This document shows positions 40,793 through 52,168 of a DNA stretch of 64,000 bases, in pieces. This stretch comes from a virus, in IMG/VR virus record IMGVR_UViG_3300017991_000052, one strand, 5' to 3'. Position 1 is the stretch's first letter; each line of letters starts with the position of its first letter. The notes below the pieces were generated by a model, which did no database searches, was not told where the DNA came from, and was given only the letters and a program-made list of their open reading frames with translations. Both the position numbers and the translations under genes were made by a program.

Positions 40793-42094
40793 ATGATTGA
40801 CAATGCAATGCAACTACTTGGAAGTCATTATACAGATGAACAAATAACATTTATAGGTGAATTGCGCAACAAGGGAAAAACATGGAATGAAGTCGCTCAA
40901 CATTTTAATAAAAAATATAAACAATTGGGTATTAAAACTTGTGATGCATTACGAAATGCTTATAAAAAATATAGCAATATTGATTTTAGCGATGATAGTT
41001 TTATACAAAATGCTAAAACAACTTTTTTAACAAAAAAAAGAAATTCTCGATTAGTAAAAGAAAATAAAAAGATACTTGAACATATTATTACTTTGGATGA
41101 TATTCGAGAGACATTTGATATTATATTAGATAAAATTGAATTTAAATTACATAGTCCAGTAAAATTCCCTAAAAGCAGCAAACCTATTGAAAGAACATTA
41201 GTAGCTCATTTATCTGATACACATTATGGAAATAATGTTTCAAGCGGGGAATTAGGCGGATTAAATTCTTATAATAATGTTATTGCTGCCAGAAGAACAG
41301 CTTTATTTTTTCAAAATATAGCAAATTTTAAACCTCAATATAGGGATATTACAGATTTAGTTTTAATTCTTAATGGGGATCTTGGTGCGGGAATAATTCA
41401 TAATCAAGAACACGCTGTTGATCTAATGACGAGACAATTTGCAACAATATTATCGATTATAGGACAAGGAGTTACATATTTAGCGCAACATTTTAAAAAG
41501 ATTACAGTATATTGTACTCCAGATAATCATATGAGATTTCAACATAAACAAAGTAAAGATAGGTCAACAGTTCATAAATGGGATTCATTTGCTACAATGG
41601 CGCATGTTGCATTAAAAAGAGAATTTAATAATTATAAAAATATAAATTTTATTATACCAGAATCTCCATATGCTATTTTTGATATACAAGGACATAAAGC
41701 ATTTGCGACACATGGGGATAATGTTTTTGAAGTTGGTAATGCAAGTAAAGTAATTAAAGTTGGTGATATTGCAAGTCAAGTAGATAAAATAAACAATAGT
41801 GATCTTTCACAAAATAAGAAATTTGAATTATTTTTTATAGCACATGTTCATGCTCCAATGATTTTATTATTGGATAATGGTTCATATGTATATATTAATG
41901 GATGTTTATCTGGATTAGATGCATTTGGTAATTCAATAGGTATTTTTGGGAATCATCCAACACAACAACTTATAGAAATTACTAAGGAACATATTGGCGA
42001 TTGTAGATTAGTAAGAGTCAAAGAAGCTGATAATAATAAATCTTTAGATAAAATTATTACTATGGAAGAAGATTTATTTACAGAAAGGACGTGA
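40793..42094 (+). CDS. Metallophosphoesterase with N-terminal HTH-like domain
   Basis: SDTHYG, NGD, DNH, THGD, AHVH calcineurin-like motifs. Confidence 0.75.
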   Translation: MIDNAMQLLGSHYTDEQITFIGELRNKGKTWNEVAQHFNKKYKQLGIKTCDALRNAYKKYSNIDFSDDSFIQNAKTTFLTKKRNSRLVKENKKILEHIITLDDIRETFDIILDKIEFKLHSPVKFPKSSKPIERTLVAHLSDTHYGNNVSSGELGGLNSYNNVIAARRTALFFQNIANFKPQYRDITDLVLILNGDLGAGIIHNQEHAVDLMTRQFATILSIIGQGVTYLAQHFKKITVYCTPDNHMRFQHKQSKDRSTVHKWDSFATMAHVALKREFNNYKNINFIIPESPYAIFDIQGHKAFATHGDNVFEVGNASKVIKVGDIASQVDKINNSDLSQNKKFELFFIAHVHAPMILLLDNGSYVYINGCLSGLDAFGNSIGIFGNHPTQQLIEITKEHIGDCRLVRVKEADNNKSLDKIITMEEDLFTERT

Positions 42095-42097
42095 GAA

Positions 42098-42748
42098 ATG
42101 TTTAATATAAAGTACGGTGATAAAGTTGCTGAATATTGTACAGTTGATAAATGTAAAGCTTATCCATATATTGTTGCATTAAGTAATTTAGCAGAATTAA
42201 AAGGCGCTATTAAATGCCCAAAACAATTTTGTGATAGAATGAAATTGGGTGTTATTACTTGCAGTAATTGTGGGAATACTGTACATGTATTTGAAGGGTA
42301 TTATGATAAAGATAAATTTTATTGTTTTCGATGCGATAAAAAAGAAGAAGGTCCAAAAATAGAAGATAAAAAAGAAATTAATAATCAAACAATTGATGAT
42401 AAAATGAAGATATTAAAAGAATTTCTAGAAGATAAATCAAGCAAGTTTGTATTTGAAAATTACTTTTCTATTGATGAAAAACAACAAAAAATTGTTATAC
42501 ATAATCCAATGAATACAAGTCATTTACCATTAGTATGGGATTTTACATATATGCAAATAACAGATACTTCAAAATTAAAGAAAGAAATGGGTGAGTTTTT
42601 TAAAAGTTTTTTTGATCAATTTAAAGAAGATAAATGTTCTGGATGTAAATTAGAAGAACATAAACATGCACATATGACATGTATTGATTGCTCACGAAAT
42701 CCTTCAAGCGCTGCTATGATTAAAAAAGATAGGTTTGTTCCCTTATGA
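42098..42748 (+). CDS. Cys-rich hypothetical protein
   Basis: Multiple CxxC motifs. Confidence 0.5.
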   Translation: MFNIKYGDKVAEYCTVDKCKAYPYIVALSNLAELKGAIKCPKQFCDRMKLGVITCSNCGNTVHVFEGYYDKDKFYCFRCDKKEEGPKIEDKKEINNQTIDDKMKILKEFLEDKSSKFVFENYFSIDEKQQKIVIHNPMNTSHLPLVWDFTYMQITDTSKLKKEMGEFFKSFFDQFKEDKCSGCKLEEHKHAHMTCIDCSRNPSSAAMIKKDRFVPL

Positions 42749-43008
42749 AGATAGAAGTATATTATGATAGCAATGATAAAGATTTTAAAAAACACGAGAT
42801 AGAAGGATGTGATTTTGTATATATAGACTGTAGTTTAGAAAAAAATAAAAAAATTTTTAAAGAATATGTATTTAGAAAGGATAATTTACCTACTTATTAT
42901 TTTTATTCTGAAGATAAATTAAGGAATCAATTTAAAACAAAATATATTGCATATGGTTATTATTTAACTAATAGAGAAATAAAAAGGCTGGTGAAAAAGT
43001 ATGAGTAA
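42745..43008 (+). CDS. Hypothetical protein (thioredoxin-like fold possible)
   Basis: Coupled ORF; LPT motif. Confidence 0.4.
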   Translation: MKIEVYYDSNDKDFKKHEIEGCDFVYIDCSLEKNKKIFKEYVFRKDNLPTYYFYSEDKLRNQFKTKYIAYGYYLTNREIKRLVKKYE

Positions 43009-43282
43009 AGAAGTTCAAAAAATGATTATGGATGAATGTATAGATATTGCCAATGTTCTTATTGATAAAAATAGAAAATATGGGGATTCAGTACTTAATC
43101 CAGTAAGACTTTTTTCTAAAGCAAGTACAATAGAGCAAATTAATGTTAGATTAGATGATAAAATGAGTAGAATTGTTCGTGGAGATCGAAATGGAGACCA
43201 TGAAGATCCAGAATTTGATATAATTGGATATTTAGTATTAAAAAGAATTCATAAAAAATTACATATGGAAGGGGGTGAGTAA
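43001..43282 (+). CDS. DUF1599 / nucleotide-modification-associated domain protein
   Basis: KN.KYGDS...VRLDDK.SRI...D..GY. Confidence 0.65.
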   Translation: MSKEVQKMIMDECIDIANVLIDKNRKYGDSVLNPVRLFSKASTIEQINVRLDDKMSRIVRGDRNGDHEDPEFDIIGYLVLKRIHKKLHMEGGE

Positions 43283-43285
43283 AGT

Positions 43286-43429
43286 ATGGCTACAGCAGTG
43301 AAAATGCCTACTAAAGCAGAGTTGAAGCGCGTGTTGAAGAAGTCAGAAACCTACGAAGAAGCAGCAGATTATTTTGATGTTCATGTAGAAACTCTCCGTA
43401 AATGGAGAAAGAAAACAAGACTTAATTAG
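43286..43429 (+). CDS. Small HTH DNA-binding protein (47 aa; not in ORF track)
   Basis: TYEEAADYFDVHVETLRKWRK. Confidence 0.7.
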   Translation: MATAVKMPTKAELKRVLKKSETYEEAADYFDVHVETLRKWRKKTRLN

Positions 43430-43468
43430 TTTTGTGAGGATAGATAGAGCACCGAAAAGAGGTTTATT

Positions 43469-43927
43469 ATGCGGGTTATGGCGATAGATCCTGGCAGCAA
43501 TCAAATTGGGATTGCTGTATTTAAAGGAAAGCGTTTATTAAACAGTGGAACATTTGAAGTTATTAAAACAGATTTGGCTTACTCAAAGTTATTATACATT
43601 CATAACCTTATTAAAAGTGCTCTATCTATCCACTATCCTGATATTATAATTATTGAATCATTAAAAAGTATGAGAAATGCTAAAACAACAAGAATTTTAT
43701 CAGAAATTATAGGAGCAATTAAACTTACAATAATATTAGATAATAAAGTGTACGATGAGGTTCATCCTAAAACAATGAAAAAAGTTATTACTGGTAATGG
43801 AAATGCGGATAAAGAAATGGTAAAAAAAGTTATTATAAAAAAATTTAAAAAGAAAAAAGATATTAGTTATGATGAATCTGATGCAATAGGACTTGGATAT
43901 ACTTATATAATTAATAATGACAATTGA
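43469..43927 (+). CDS. ruvC: Holliday junction resolvase RuvC
   Basis: IDPG...G, IIE, P...KK..TGNGNADK..V, DESDA. Confidence 0.9.
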   Translation: MRVMAIDPGSNQIGIAVFKGKRLLNSGTFEVIKTDLAYSKLLYIHNLIKSALSIHYPDIIIIESLKSMRNAKTTRILSEIIGAIKLTIILDNKVYDEVHPKTMKKVITGNGNADKEMVKKVIIKKFKKKKDISYDESDAIGLGYTYIINNDN

Positions 43928-45724
43928 TATTAATATTAAATGTGATGAATGTAATGAAACTTTAGAAAATGATGACAAGGTTTTTTGTTATAAATGTTTT
44001 AAAGAATATGCAGAAAAAATAGAAGAATTAGAAGAACAAGTAGAAGAGTTAGAAAAAGAAGTTGCTCAAGTAAGATCAGAAGTTGAAGATGAAGAATATG
44101 AAAAATATCAATTGCAAGAAGAATATGAAAAATTAGAATCAAAATATGAAGAATTAACAATTGATTATGGACAATTAGAAAGAAGTTTAGAAAAAACGCA
44201 AATAGTAGATGAAAGTGTATAAGGTGAAAATATGAGAGAAATATCTGAAGTAGATAGTTTTTTACAAACAATGGGACCTGGAAAATCAAGAATTCCAGTA
44301 GTATATCCAGCTAGATCATCATCCGTAATTATTGAGGATGGGATAAAAACAGATTTAACAAGAAAAATGAGATATGAACGCGGGAGAGATGTTATTTTTA
44401 AATGTCTTGATTGTAATGATATTATAGGTCAAGGAAAAGAAACTACAGATAATAGAGATCAAGTAAAAATATATTGTTTTAAGTGTAGGAATTATCATAT
44501 AGCAAATGGAGCTCTAATATGGAATCAAAATCCTTTATGGCATAAACCAGAAGAAGGAAAACAAAGACAAGATTATGAAAAATTAATGGAAGAATATATT
44601 AAAAATAATAAGCCAAAGGTGGTTGGTATATAATGGGATGTTTTGATACATTACTTTTTACATGCCCTAAATGTGGGAAAAAAGATGCTATATATGAACA
44701 ATTAAAACCAGATATTTATGGGATGGAAACATTTAGAGATAAAGAAATACCAGATCCACTTATTTTAATGTGCAAAGATGATGAATTTGTATGTTCTGAA
44801 TGCAGTACATGGTTTAGATTAAAAGTAAAAAGTAAAATTGAATGGAAATTAGTTAAGATGAGAAATCAAAATGGATAATGCTGTGCAACCATGGATTGCA
44901 TTAATATATATAGTACCAGCATTAATTTTATGTGGAGCATTAGCATTCTTTATTATGAAGATGATAAAACCTTTTACTAAATTTCTTGAAGAAAGGGGGA
45001 AGAGCCACGACATTGTGACCCCACCAATATTTCCACAAGGCCTTGTATGGCCATTTCAGCAACCAAACTCTTCCCCTCAAGAAATAAAAAAAACAAAAGA
45101 AGAAATAGAAAAAGAAGAATTACAAAAATTTGAAGAACGTAAAGCACAATTTATAGCTCCAAATATAAAAAAGAAAGTAAAAGTTAATTTTGATAATTTG
45201 GGAGAAAAAATTGTTAGTAGCAGTAAAGATGTAAATAAAGCAGTAAAATACTTAAAAAAAAAGAAAGGTGAAAAGTAATGAGAAAAGAAATAACAAAAGG
45301 ATTTGAACAATTAAGAAATATTGTTTTAGAGTCTTCTTTTGATCAAAAAAGCGACTTGGCTGATGATATAACTGATTTAGAATTTAAATTATTAGATATA
45401 GCTAAAAAATATCGTGATGATATACGCGATAAAGTAATGTCTATTAGAGAATCTTATCGTCCAATTAGAAGCCAAGTTGAAACTATTTCAAGAGCTTGTG
45501 ATAAAGCTGAAAAATGTATTAGGGATTGATTATGAATGATAAAAACATATTGGATTAATTGTAAACATTTTTGTTGTAGTGCCGATGTTGAAAATGGTAT
45601 AGTAATAGATTCTGCTCCAATTATTAAATGGGGTAAAGGGAAAAAAGTAATGGATGTTATAGATTTTTATAGAAAAAAGGGATCGTTAATAAATTATACA
45701 ATTTTAGAGGGAGAATATGAGTAG
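43917..45724 (+). other. Run of six small hypothetical genes (Zn-finger, coiled-coil, membrane)
   Basis: ORFs 43917-44222, 44232-44633, 44633-44878, 44871-45278, 45278-45529, 45536-45724, several translationally coupled. Confidence 0.6.
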
Positions 45725-46412
45725 AATTTGTGTATTAATACCAGTTTATAATAGAGAAGATACAATAGAACGTGCTATTAATTCATTAAAAGAACAGACT
45801 AATAAAAACTTTGATGTATATATTTGTAATGATGGATGTACCGATAAAACGATGGAAATTATCAATAAGACTTTGGGGAATAATCCCGGGTTTAAAGTAA
45901 CTATAAAAAATTTAGAAAATAATATGGGCCAAAATAAAGCAAGAAATATAACATTAAAAATGGCAAAAGATAGTGGGATAAAATATGATTATGTTGCTGG
46001 GCTTGATGCAGATGATAAATTTATGCCAAATCATATAGAAGATAATATTAAATATTTAGACGAACATCAGGATATAGATATTATATATTCTGATTGTAGT
46101 GTTGGAGATGGAACACCTAAATGGGATTGGGTTTGTAGGGAATTTAACGCCCCATTTTTAAAAGCATTAAATTATATTCCTCATTATGCAGTATATAAAG
46201 CAAAATATTTAGAGATTCCTTATGATGAAAATATTAAAAGATTAACTGATTGGGATAGATGGTTAAATTTACTTTTAAATCATAATGCTAAATTTGCACA
46301 TTTATGCAAAGTAACATACCATATTTTTAGGGATAAGAATTCTGTAAGTAATAATAATACGGAAAATTTAGATGAGGCAGTAAAAAAAGTTAAGGGGAAA
46401 TATAAAATATGA
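45717..46412 (+). CDS. Glycosyltransferase family 2
   Basis: IPVYNR...AINS...Q, NDGCTD, N.G...ARN, LDADD, DWD.W. Confidence 0.9.
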   Translation: MSRICVLIPVYNREDTIERAINSLKEQTNKNFDVYICNDGCTDKTMEIINKTLGNNPGFKVTIKNLENNMGQNKARNITLKMAKDSGIKYDYVAGLDADDKFMPNHIEDNIKYLDEHQDIDIIYSDCSVGDGTPKWDWVCREFNAPFLKALNYIPHYAVYKAKYLEIPYDENIKRLTDWDRWLNLLLNHNAKFAHLCKVTYHIFRDKNSVSNNNTENLDEAVKKVKGKYKI

Positions 46413-47080
46413 TAACAAGGAAAGAATTAGCAGATTTTTTAAAAGTAGCTGAAAAAGATATAGAGAAAATGTATCATGAAGAAATGAAGACTGGTATTCT
46501 TTTTAATACTAAATATAAAAATAACCCTAAACAATATTATACAGATTATGCTGATGTCTTTATGGCACAACTTTACCATTATAATTTGGTATTGAACAAT
46601 AGGGATTTATCATGGGGGACAGTGCTTAATGAATTTCCTCAAAATGGTAAATGGTTAGATTTTGGAGCAGGTATTGGGGTGTTTACTGATTATATTTTAG
46701 ATAGAAGACAAGATTTACAAGCTTCTGTTTTTGAAGTATCTCCTAAATGTATAGAGTTTTGTAAGCAACATTTTGGGGACAAAGTAAAAGTATTATCAAA
46801 AATAGAAGATTTTGAGAATGACTATGATATTATTACTTGTAATTCTGTATTAGAACATATTCCTGATCCTAAAACAACTGCTTATGAAATAATTAAACAT
46901 ATAAAATCTACAGGAACTTTTGTAACTAATTTTGTATATGATGCAGGAGTTGGGCATTTAGATGGAAAACCTAGAGAATTATTAAAAGAATTAGAAAAAG
47001 AATTAAAAGAAAAATATGAATATAAATCATGGTGGCATCCATCTTTAATAGCATTTAGTTTGGGAGGAAACAATGGATAA
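46409..47080 (+). CDS. Class I SAM-dependent methyltransferase
   Basis: LDFGAGIG, YDII....VLEHIPDP. Confidence 0.85.
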   Translation: MITRKELADFLKVAEKDIEKMYHEEMKTGILFNTKYKNNPKQYYTDYADVFMAQLYHYNLVLNNRDLSWGTVLNEFPQNGKWLDFGAGIGVFTDYILDRRQDLQASVFEVSPKCIEFCKQHFGDKVKVLSKIEDFENDYDIITCNSVLEHIPDPKTTAYEIIKHIKSTGTFVTNFVYDAGVGHLDGKPRELLKELEKELKEKYEYKSWWHPSLIAFSLGGNNG

Positions 47081-48407
47081 AAAAGAATACGAACAGTTAC
47101 AAAAAGAAACTTCATCTTGGTCAAGAAATAGTGATGGATCTTTTACAAATTATGGAAAAGATTGTTATGAGAGAGTTAAAAAAGCAATAAAGGAATTCCT
47201 CCCAGATAATTTTTATGTTCCTAGCGAAACAAATGTTTTGGTGGTTGGGTGTGGTGAAGGAGTTGAGCTTGAGGAATTTAAAAAAGAAGGATATCAAGTT
47301 ACGGGATTAGACATTAATCCTGAAAAAGTTGCTAAAGCTAAAAGTAATGGATTACGAGCCTTGAAGGGAACGATAGAAAGTATGTTTATTCGTTCTGATA
47401 TTTATCCAAGACAGGAAATTGTTTATGCTTCTCATGTGCTAGAACATGCTTTAAATTTAAAAGAATCTATAGATATTCTTAAAGAGTATGTCGGAAGAAC
47501 TTTTTATATAGTTGTGCCAATTCAACATATTCCGAATAAGTCACATACTTCTCCAATAACAAAAGAGGAAGATATTACTAAATTTTTTGAACCACAGTAT
47601 TGGAATGTGAGAACGTGGAGGGAAAGTCATTGTGATGATGAAATTCATGTTCTTGCTACAAGAAAAAAGATAGGAGTTTATACAGTAACTTGGGATAGGT
47701 TAAATGTTACTAAAGAATGGTTTGAAATAATGTATAGAATGATAAAATACCCAATCTATCAGCATATTATTGTGGATAATGGATCAAAGGATGGTACAGC
47801 AGAATGGTTAAAGGAAATAGAAAAAGATCGCAGTTTTGGGTCAAATATAAAGGTGATTTTGAATGATAAAAATAAAGGAACTGGATTTGCAATGAATCAA
47901 GCATTTGAAATTTTAGATGCAGATTATCATATAAAAATAGATAACGATTGTGAATTTCAAACCGAAAATTTGTTTAAGCAAATGTTGGATATTGCTTATG
48001 AGCAAGAAAAAAATAATCAAGACTATATGATGTCACCATATGTAAATGGATTGGTAGTAAATAAAGGGGGAGTTCCTAGAAGTAGGTATTCAACTATAGC
48101 AGGGCATAAAATTGGAATTACTAGTGCATTAGGCGGGATATTTAGATGGATGCCTAAAAGTACTCAAATAAAATATTTAGGTAAAATAATTCCGTGGTTA
48201 AATGAAACAAGACTTCATTCAACAGAAGATATGGATATTTCTGCAATAATGAGAAAAAATAACATTCCTATCTTTTATATTGAGGATATTTTTGTCAATC
48301 ATATGGATAATGAATTTAAAAGGCCCGATGCAGAATATTTTAAAAGAAGAGAGATTACTTTTAAGAATAAATATGATAAAGAAACTGGAGAATATAAACC
48401 TTTATGA
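47073..48407 (+). CDS. Methyltransferase-GT2 fusion protein
   Basis: VVGCGEG...GLDI...SHVLEH followed by VDNGSKDGT...KIDND...ED. Confidence 0.8.
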   Translation: MDKKEYEQLQKETSSWSRNSDGSFTNYGKDCYERVKKAIKEFLPDNFYVPSETNVLVVGCGEGVELEEFKKEGYQVTGLDINPEKVAKAKSNGLRALKGTIESMFIRSDIYPRQEIVYASHVLEHALNLKESIDILKEYVGRTFYIVVPIQHIPNKSHTSPITKEEDITKFFEPQYWNVRTWRESHCDDEIHVLATRKKIGVYTVTWDRLNVTKEWFEIMYRMIKYPIYQHIIVDNGSKDGTAEWLKEIEKDRSFGSNIKVILNDKNKGTGFAMNQAFEILDADYHIKIDNDCEFQTENLFKQMLDIAYEQEKNNQDYMMSPYVNGLVVNKGGVPRSRYSTIAGHKIGITSALGGIFRWMPKSTQIKYLGKIIPWLNETRLHSTEDMDISAIMRKNNIPIFYIEDIFVNHMDNEFKRPDAEYFKRREITFKNKYDKETGEYKPL

Positions 48408-48922
48408 TAGTTGTGGATTTTGATGATTTTTGCGAAGAAGAAAATAAATTAGATTTACTTTATAAATTAAAAGAAAAAATTCCCAATTTTAAAGTAACTC
48501 TTTTTACTATTCCAGGTAAATCATCGAATAAATTTCTTGAAAATTTAAAAAAGAATGATTGGATGCAATTTGGAATTCATGGGGAATATCATACTTATTT
48601 AGAATGCGAAAAATGGGATAAAAATAAGATCAATCAAGTATTAGATAAATATGAACCATTAGGTTATTATGAGAAACTATTTAAAGCTCCATATTGGAGA
48701 GGAAATGAAGAAATCTATAAAGTACTGGATGAAAGAGGATATATAATTGCTGAAAATAAGCCGATTGAGTATGTAAAAAATAAGTATTTGTTATATAATT
48801 ATTCAGTACATGGACACATATCTAATGTTTGTGATAATGGAATTGAAGAGAAATATGATTATTATAGCTCTTTAAATGGAGATTTTAAATTTATAACGGA
48901 GTTATTTAATGAAATTAAATAA
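48404..48922 (+). CDS. Polysaccharide deacetylase-like (NodB/DUF2334-type) protein
   Basis: DFDD, KVTLF.IP, HG..H...E, FKAPYW, HGH. Confidence 0.65.
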   Translation: MIVVDFDDFCEEENKLDLLYKLKEKIPNFKVTLFTIPGKSSNKFLENLKKNDWMQFGIHGEYHTYLECEKWDKNKINQVLDKYEPLGYYEKLFKAPYWRGNEEIYKVLDERGYIIAENKPIEYVKNKYLLYNYSVHGHISNVCDNGIEEKYDYYSSLNGDFKFITELFNEIK

Positions 48923-49490
48923 AAAAGAAATAGCTTTTATTTATAATTCTAATAAAATAGAACAGATTATGTATCCCCTTAAGGAATATTCTAAAGATCC
49001 AGATAAATCAGATCCTCATGTTGGGGGGCATATAAAAGCATTTTTATATATGAAAGAGAATTGTAAAAAAGATTTAACTGAAAAAGATATTCTTATAATG
49101 CATAGGCTTTTAACAAAGGATATTTTACGTCCAAAAGACAGCGGTGCATATAGAACTTGTGCTGTTTATATTAGCGGCAGACAAGCTCCTATGTATTATT
49201 CTGTAAAACCAATGATGGAAACTTTAATAGAATTTGCAAAAAGAGTTGGTTATGAGAATGATATATGGAATGTACATCATGAATTTGAAATTATTCATCC
49301 ATTTGTTGATGGGAATGGTAGAACTGGCCGTTTAATTCTTAATTGGCTTAGATTTAAAAATGATCTTCCATTAGAAATTGTTCTATATAAAGATAGAATG
49401 GAATACTATACATCTATTGAAAAATATAGAATAGGTAAAATAGTAAGTAAAAAATTGGGGGAATTGAATGGAGATAAGGCATTATATTGA
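48909..49490 (+). CDS. Fic family protein (AMP transferase)
   Basis: Canonical HPFVDGNGRTGR motif; SNKIE. Confidence 0.92.
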   Translation: MKLNKKEIAFIYNSNKIEQIMYPLKEYSKDPDKSDPHVGGHIKAFLYMKENCKKDLTEKDILIMHRLLTKDILRPKDSGAYRTCAVYISGRQAPMYYSVKPMMETLIEFAKRVGYENDIWNVHHEFEIIHPFVDGNGRTGRLILNWLRFKNDLPLEIVLYKDRMEYYTSIEKYRIGKIVSKKLGELNGDKALY

Positions 49491-50842
49491 TGATATAGAT
49501 GAAAAATTATTCTTTTCTAAAAAGAAAATTAAAGATGAATTTACTAGAATAGCGGCAAATTTATGGATTCAATTTGGTGTTGATTTAACAAAAAATAAAA
49601 CTGGTAAAAAATATAATGTGACAGATTTTATTTGGTCTACTAAAGCAAAAAAAAGATTTTATGAATTAAATTTTGATATAATTGATAAAATGAGAAAAAA
49701 ACAACAATATGGTTGGTTTATTTTACAAGTAGAACCAAAAGATGAAACAGCTAATGAAGCAAGAAATATATTTGAAGAAATAGAAGAAGAACAAAGAAAA
49801 TATTTAAAAAATAAAAAAAAGATAAATAAATATAAAATAACAGAAGAGAGTTTATGAAAAAAAGAATTAGAAAAGAAAAAGATGTTTTTATTCTTCTTAA
49901 TGAAGATTATGCAAAAAGCATAAAAAAAATAATCAATAAAAAAATTAGACAATCTAATAGAACCTTAAGAAGAGATAGATTTTATCATGAAGAATTAAAT
50001 GAATTAATAGATAATAGAAAGTGGTCTTGGTTAAGAGAACGAAGAGTGACTCCGGAATATGATGGAGAATCTGTTAGTAGAGCACATAGAAGAATGTATG
50101 TACATGGGATAAATGATATTTTAAAGTGGTTAACAAATCAAATAGCATCTGATAAAGATATTGATGTTATTTCAATAAAAAACGAATCATTATAAGGAGG
50201 AAAACAATGATAATTTACAATGATTATAAAGAGAATGATTTTTATGTAAATGTTGATAAAATTAAAGGAAAAAAAATAATTATCAATAATGTAAAAGCTA
50301 CTGCAAAATTAGTAGATTTTATGGATAAGAATTGTGATAAATGGTGGTATTGTGTTAAATTATATAAAGGTGAAGAAAATTTAGCTAAAGAAGTAGAATT
50401 AATTCATGATCTTGCAATTAAAAATATTGCAGTAGATGCTGAGAATTATACAGTTGAAGGACAATCATATATGGAATATTCATCTAAATTTGGGGATAAT
50501 GTAAGAAAATTATTAACTTTAGACGGAAAAGCAAAAGAATTAATATTACTTCCCGAGAATTTAGGTGGGGATAGATATAAAAATTATGATAAATTCGCAT
50601 ATGCTTTAAAACCAAAAGCAATTTTAATGGAGCGCACTTATCAACAACCTGAACCATGGAATATGTTTTATTATTATTGGTTAAATAAAATACGTTATTT
50701 CTTTTTATTTCCAATTATATATTTAGGTGTATGGCCAGAAGAAACTACAGGCGGATGGGCCGACAAGCAAATGGAAACAGCAAAATGGATTGCAGGAGAT
50801 AAAATTTTTTGGTATAGCGAAACAAAGAATATGCCTAGTTAA
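49468..50842 (+). other. Three hypothetical genes
   Basis: ORFs 49468-49857, 49854-50195, 50207-50842. Confidence 0.55.
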
Positions 50843-50851
50843 GGGGGAATA

Positions 50852-51631
50852 ATGAATAAAGTATTAATATGTGTTACAAGTTGTAATAGACAACCATATA
50901 CAAAACAATGTTTAGAATCTTTATTAAATAATACAGATGAGCCATTTGATTTAATCATTATTGATAATGGGTCTGCACAACCATCATTAGATTTATTAAA
51001 GAATTTTGAAGGTAAAGTTTTTAAAAATGGAACAACATGTGATGTAGTTTATAATAAAACAAATAGAGGTGTTGCACCAGCTCTTAATCAAGGTTTAAGA
51101 AAAATAAAACCTAATCAACACTTTATGAAACTGGATAACGACATGGTAATTCCAGATAATCATAGAACTTGGTTAACTGAAATGATTGATATTTTAGAAA
51201 ATAACCAAGAGAATATTAGAATAGTTGCATTATCCCCGTTTGTTTATGAAAGAAAAGATCACTTTAGAAGACGTAATATTATTTTAAATAATAATCATGA
51301 ATATAAAATTGAAGATCCAACAGGATCTCCAGTATTAGGTCCAGGAAAACTTGTTCATAATGAAGTGATAAGAGCAATTGGAGCATATAATGAAACATTT
51401 GGTAAATATGGATATGAAGATACTGATTATGCGTTGAGAGCATTAAGAATGGGATTTAGAAATATTTATTATTCTGAATGTAAAGCAAAACATATTGATG
51501 ATGAGCAATTGCCAGAAAGTAAAGATTGGAGGGGATTTAAAGATTCTCAATTAAGAAGATCTGCACAGAAAGTAAGTGCAGCTAGAATTGAATATGCTCA
51601 TGATAGGAGTAAAGTAAGAATACCGCTATAA
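50852..51631 (+). CDS. Glycosyltransferase family 2
   Basis: IDNGS, N.GVA.ALN.G, KLDND, GYEDTDY..R. Confidence 0.88.
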   Translation: MNKVLICVTSCNRQPYTKQCLESLLNNTDEPFDLIIIDNGSAQPSLDLLKNFEGKVFKNGTTCDVVYNKTNRGVAPALNQGLRKIKPNQHFMKLDNDMVIPDNHRTWLTEMIDILENNQENIRIVALSPFVYERKDHFRRRNIILNNNHEYKIEDPTGSPVLGPGKLVHNEVIRAIGAYNETFGKYGYEDTDYALRALRMGFRNIYYSECKAKHIDDEQLPESKDWRGFKDSQLRRSAQKVSAARIEYAHDRSKVRIPL

Positions 51632-51643
51632 AGGGGGAAAGTA

Positions 51644-52168
51644 ATGCCAAGATTAGAAAATTGCATTGATATGCCAGTAAAGCGCTTAGTTGCATTAATG
51701 AATTTATATGGACTTGAAACGACATGGTCTTGTTGCGGATTTAATAATGGAGAACAAAATAAAGATCATGTTTTAGGATTACCACAAATTTGGGTAAAAT
51801 TAGATAATGAAAGTTATAATAAAATAATAAGATTATTAGATAGTGAAATATTTGGTGCTACAGGTGAATGGAATATAATGATCAGAAAAATGGGGTATCA
51901 ACAACCATTAGGATTCTTTCATTGTAATTATCAAAATAGAACACAACAATTTTGGAATGATCCAAGTTCTCCGCATTATCATGAAAGAATGAATGTTGCA
52001 ATTAGGCATTTAGAAGATAAATTATTAGAATTTAAAAATGAATTTAGAGATGAAGCAATTATTAAAGATCAAAATACGCATATGAGACAACAAATGCCAG
52101 GATGGAATGCTAAACCAGCTCGAGATTGGGTAGTCAATAAAGAGCAGATATTGAGGTTATTTAAATGA
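51644..52168 (+). CDS. Hypothetical protein with TYW3-like TxxSC.G motif
   Basis: ID....LV..MN..G..TTWSCCG. Confidence 0.4.
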   Translation: MPRLENCIDMPVKRLVALMNLYGLETTWSCCGFNNGEQNKDHVLGLPQIWVKLDNESYNKIIRLLDSEIFGATGEWNIMIRKMGYQQPLGFFHCNYQNRTQQFWNDPSSPHYHERMNVAIRHLEDKLLEFKNEFRDEAIIKDQNTHMRQQMPGWNAKPARDWVVNKEQILRLFK

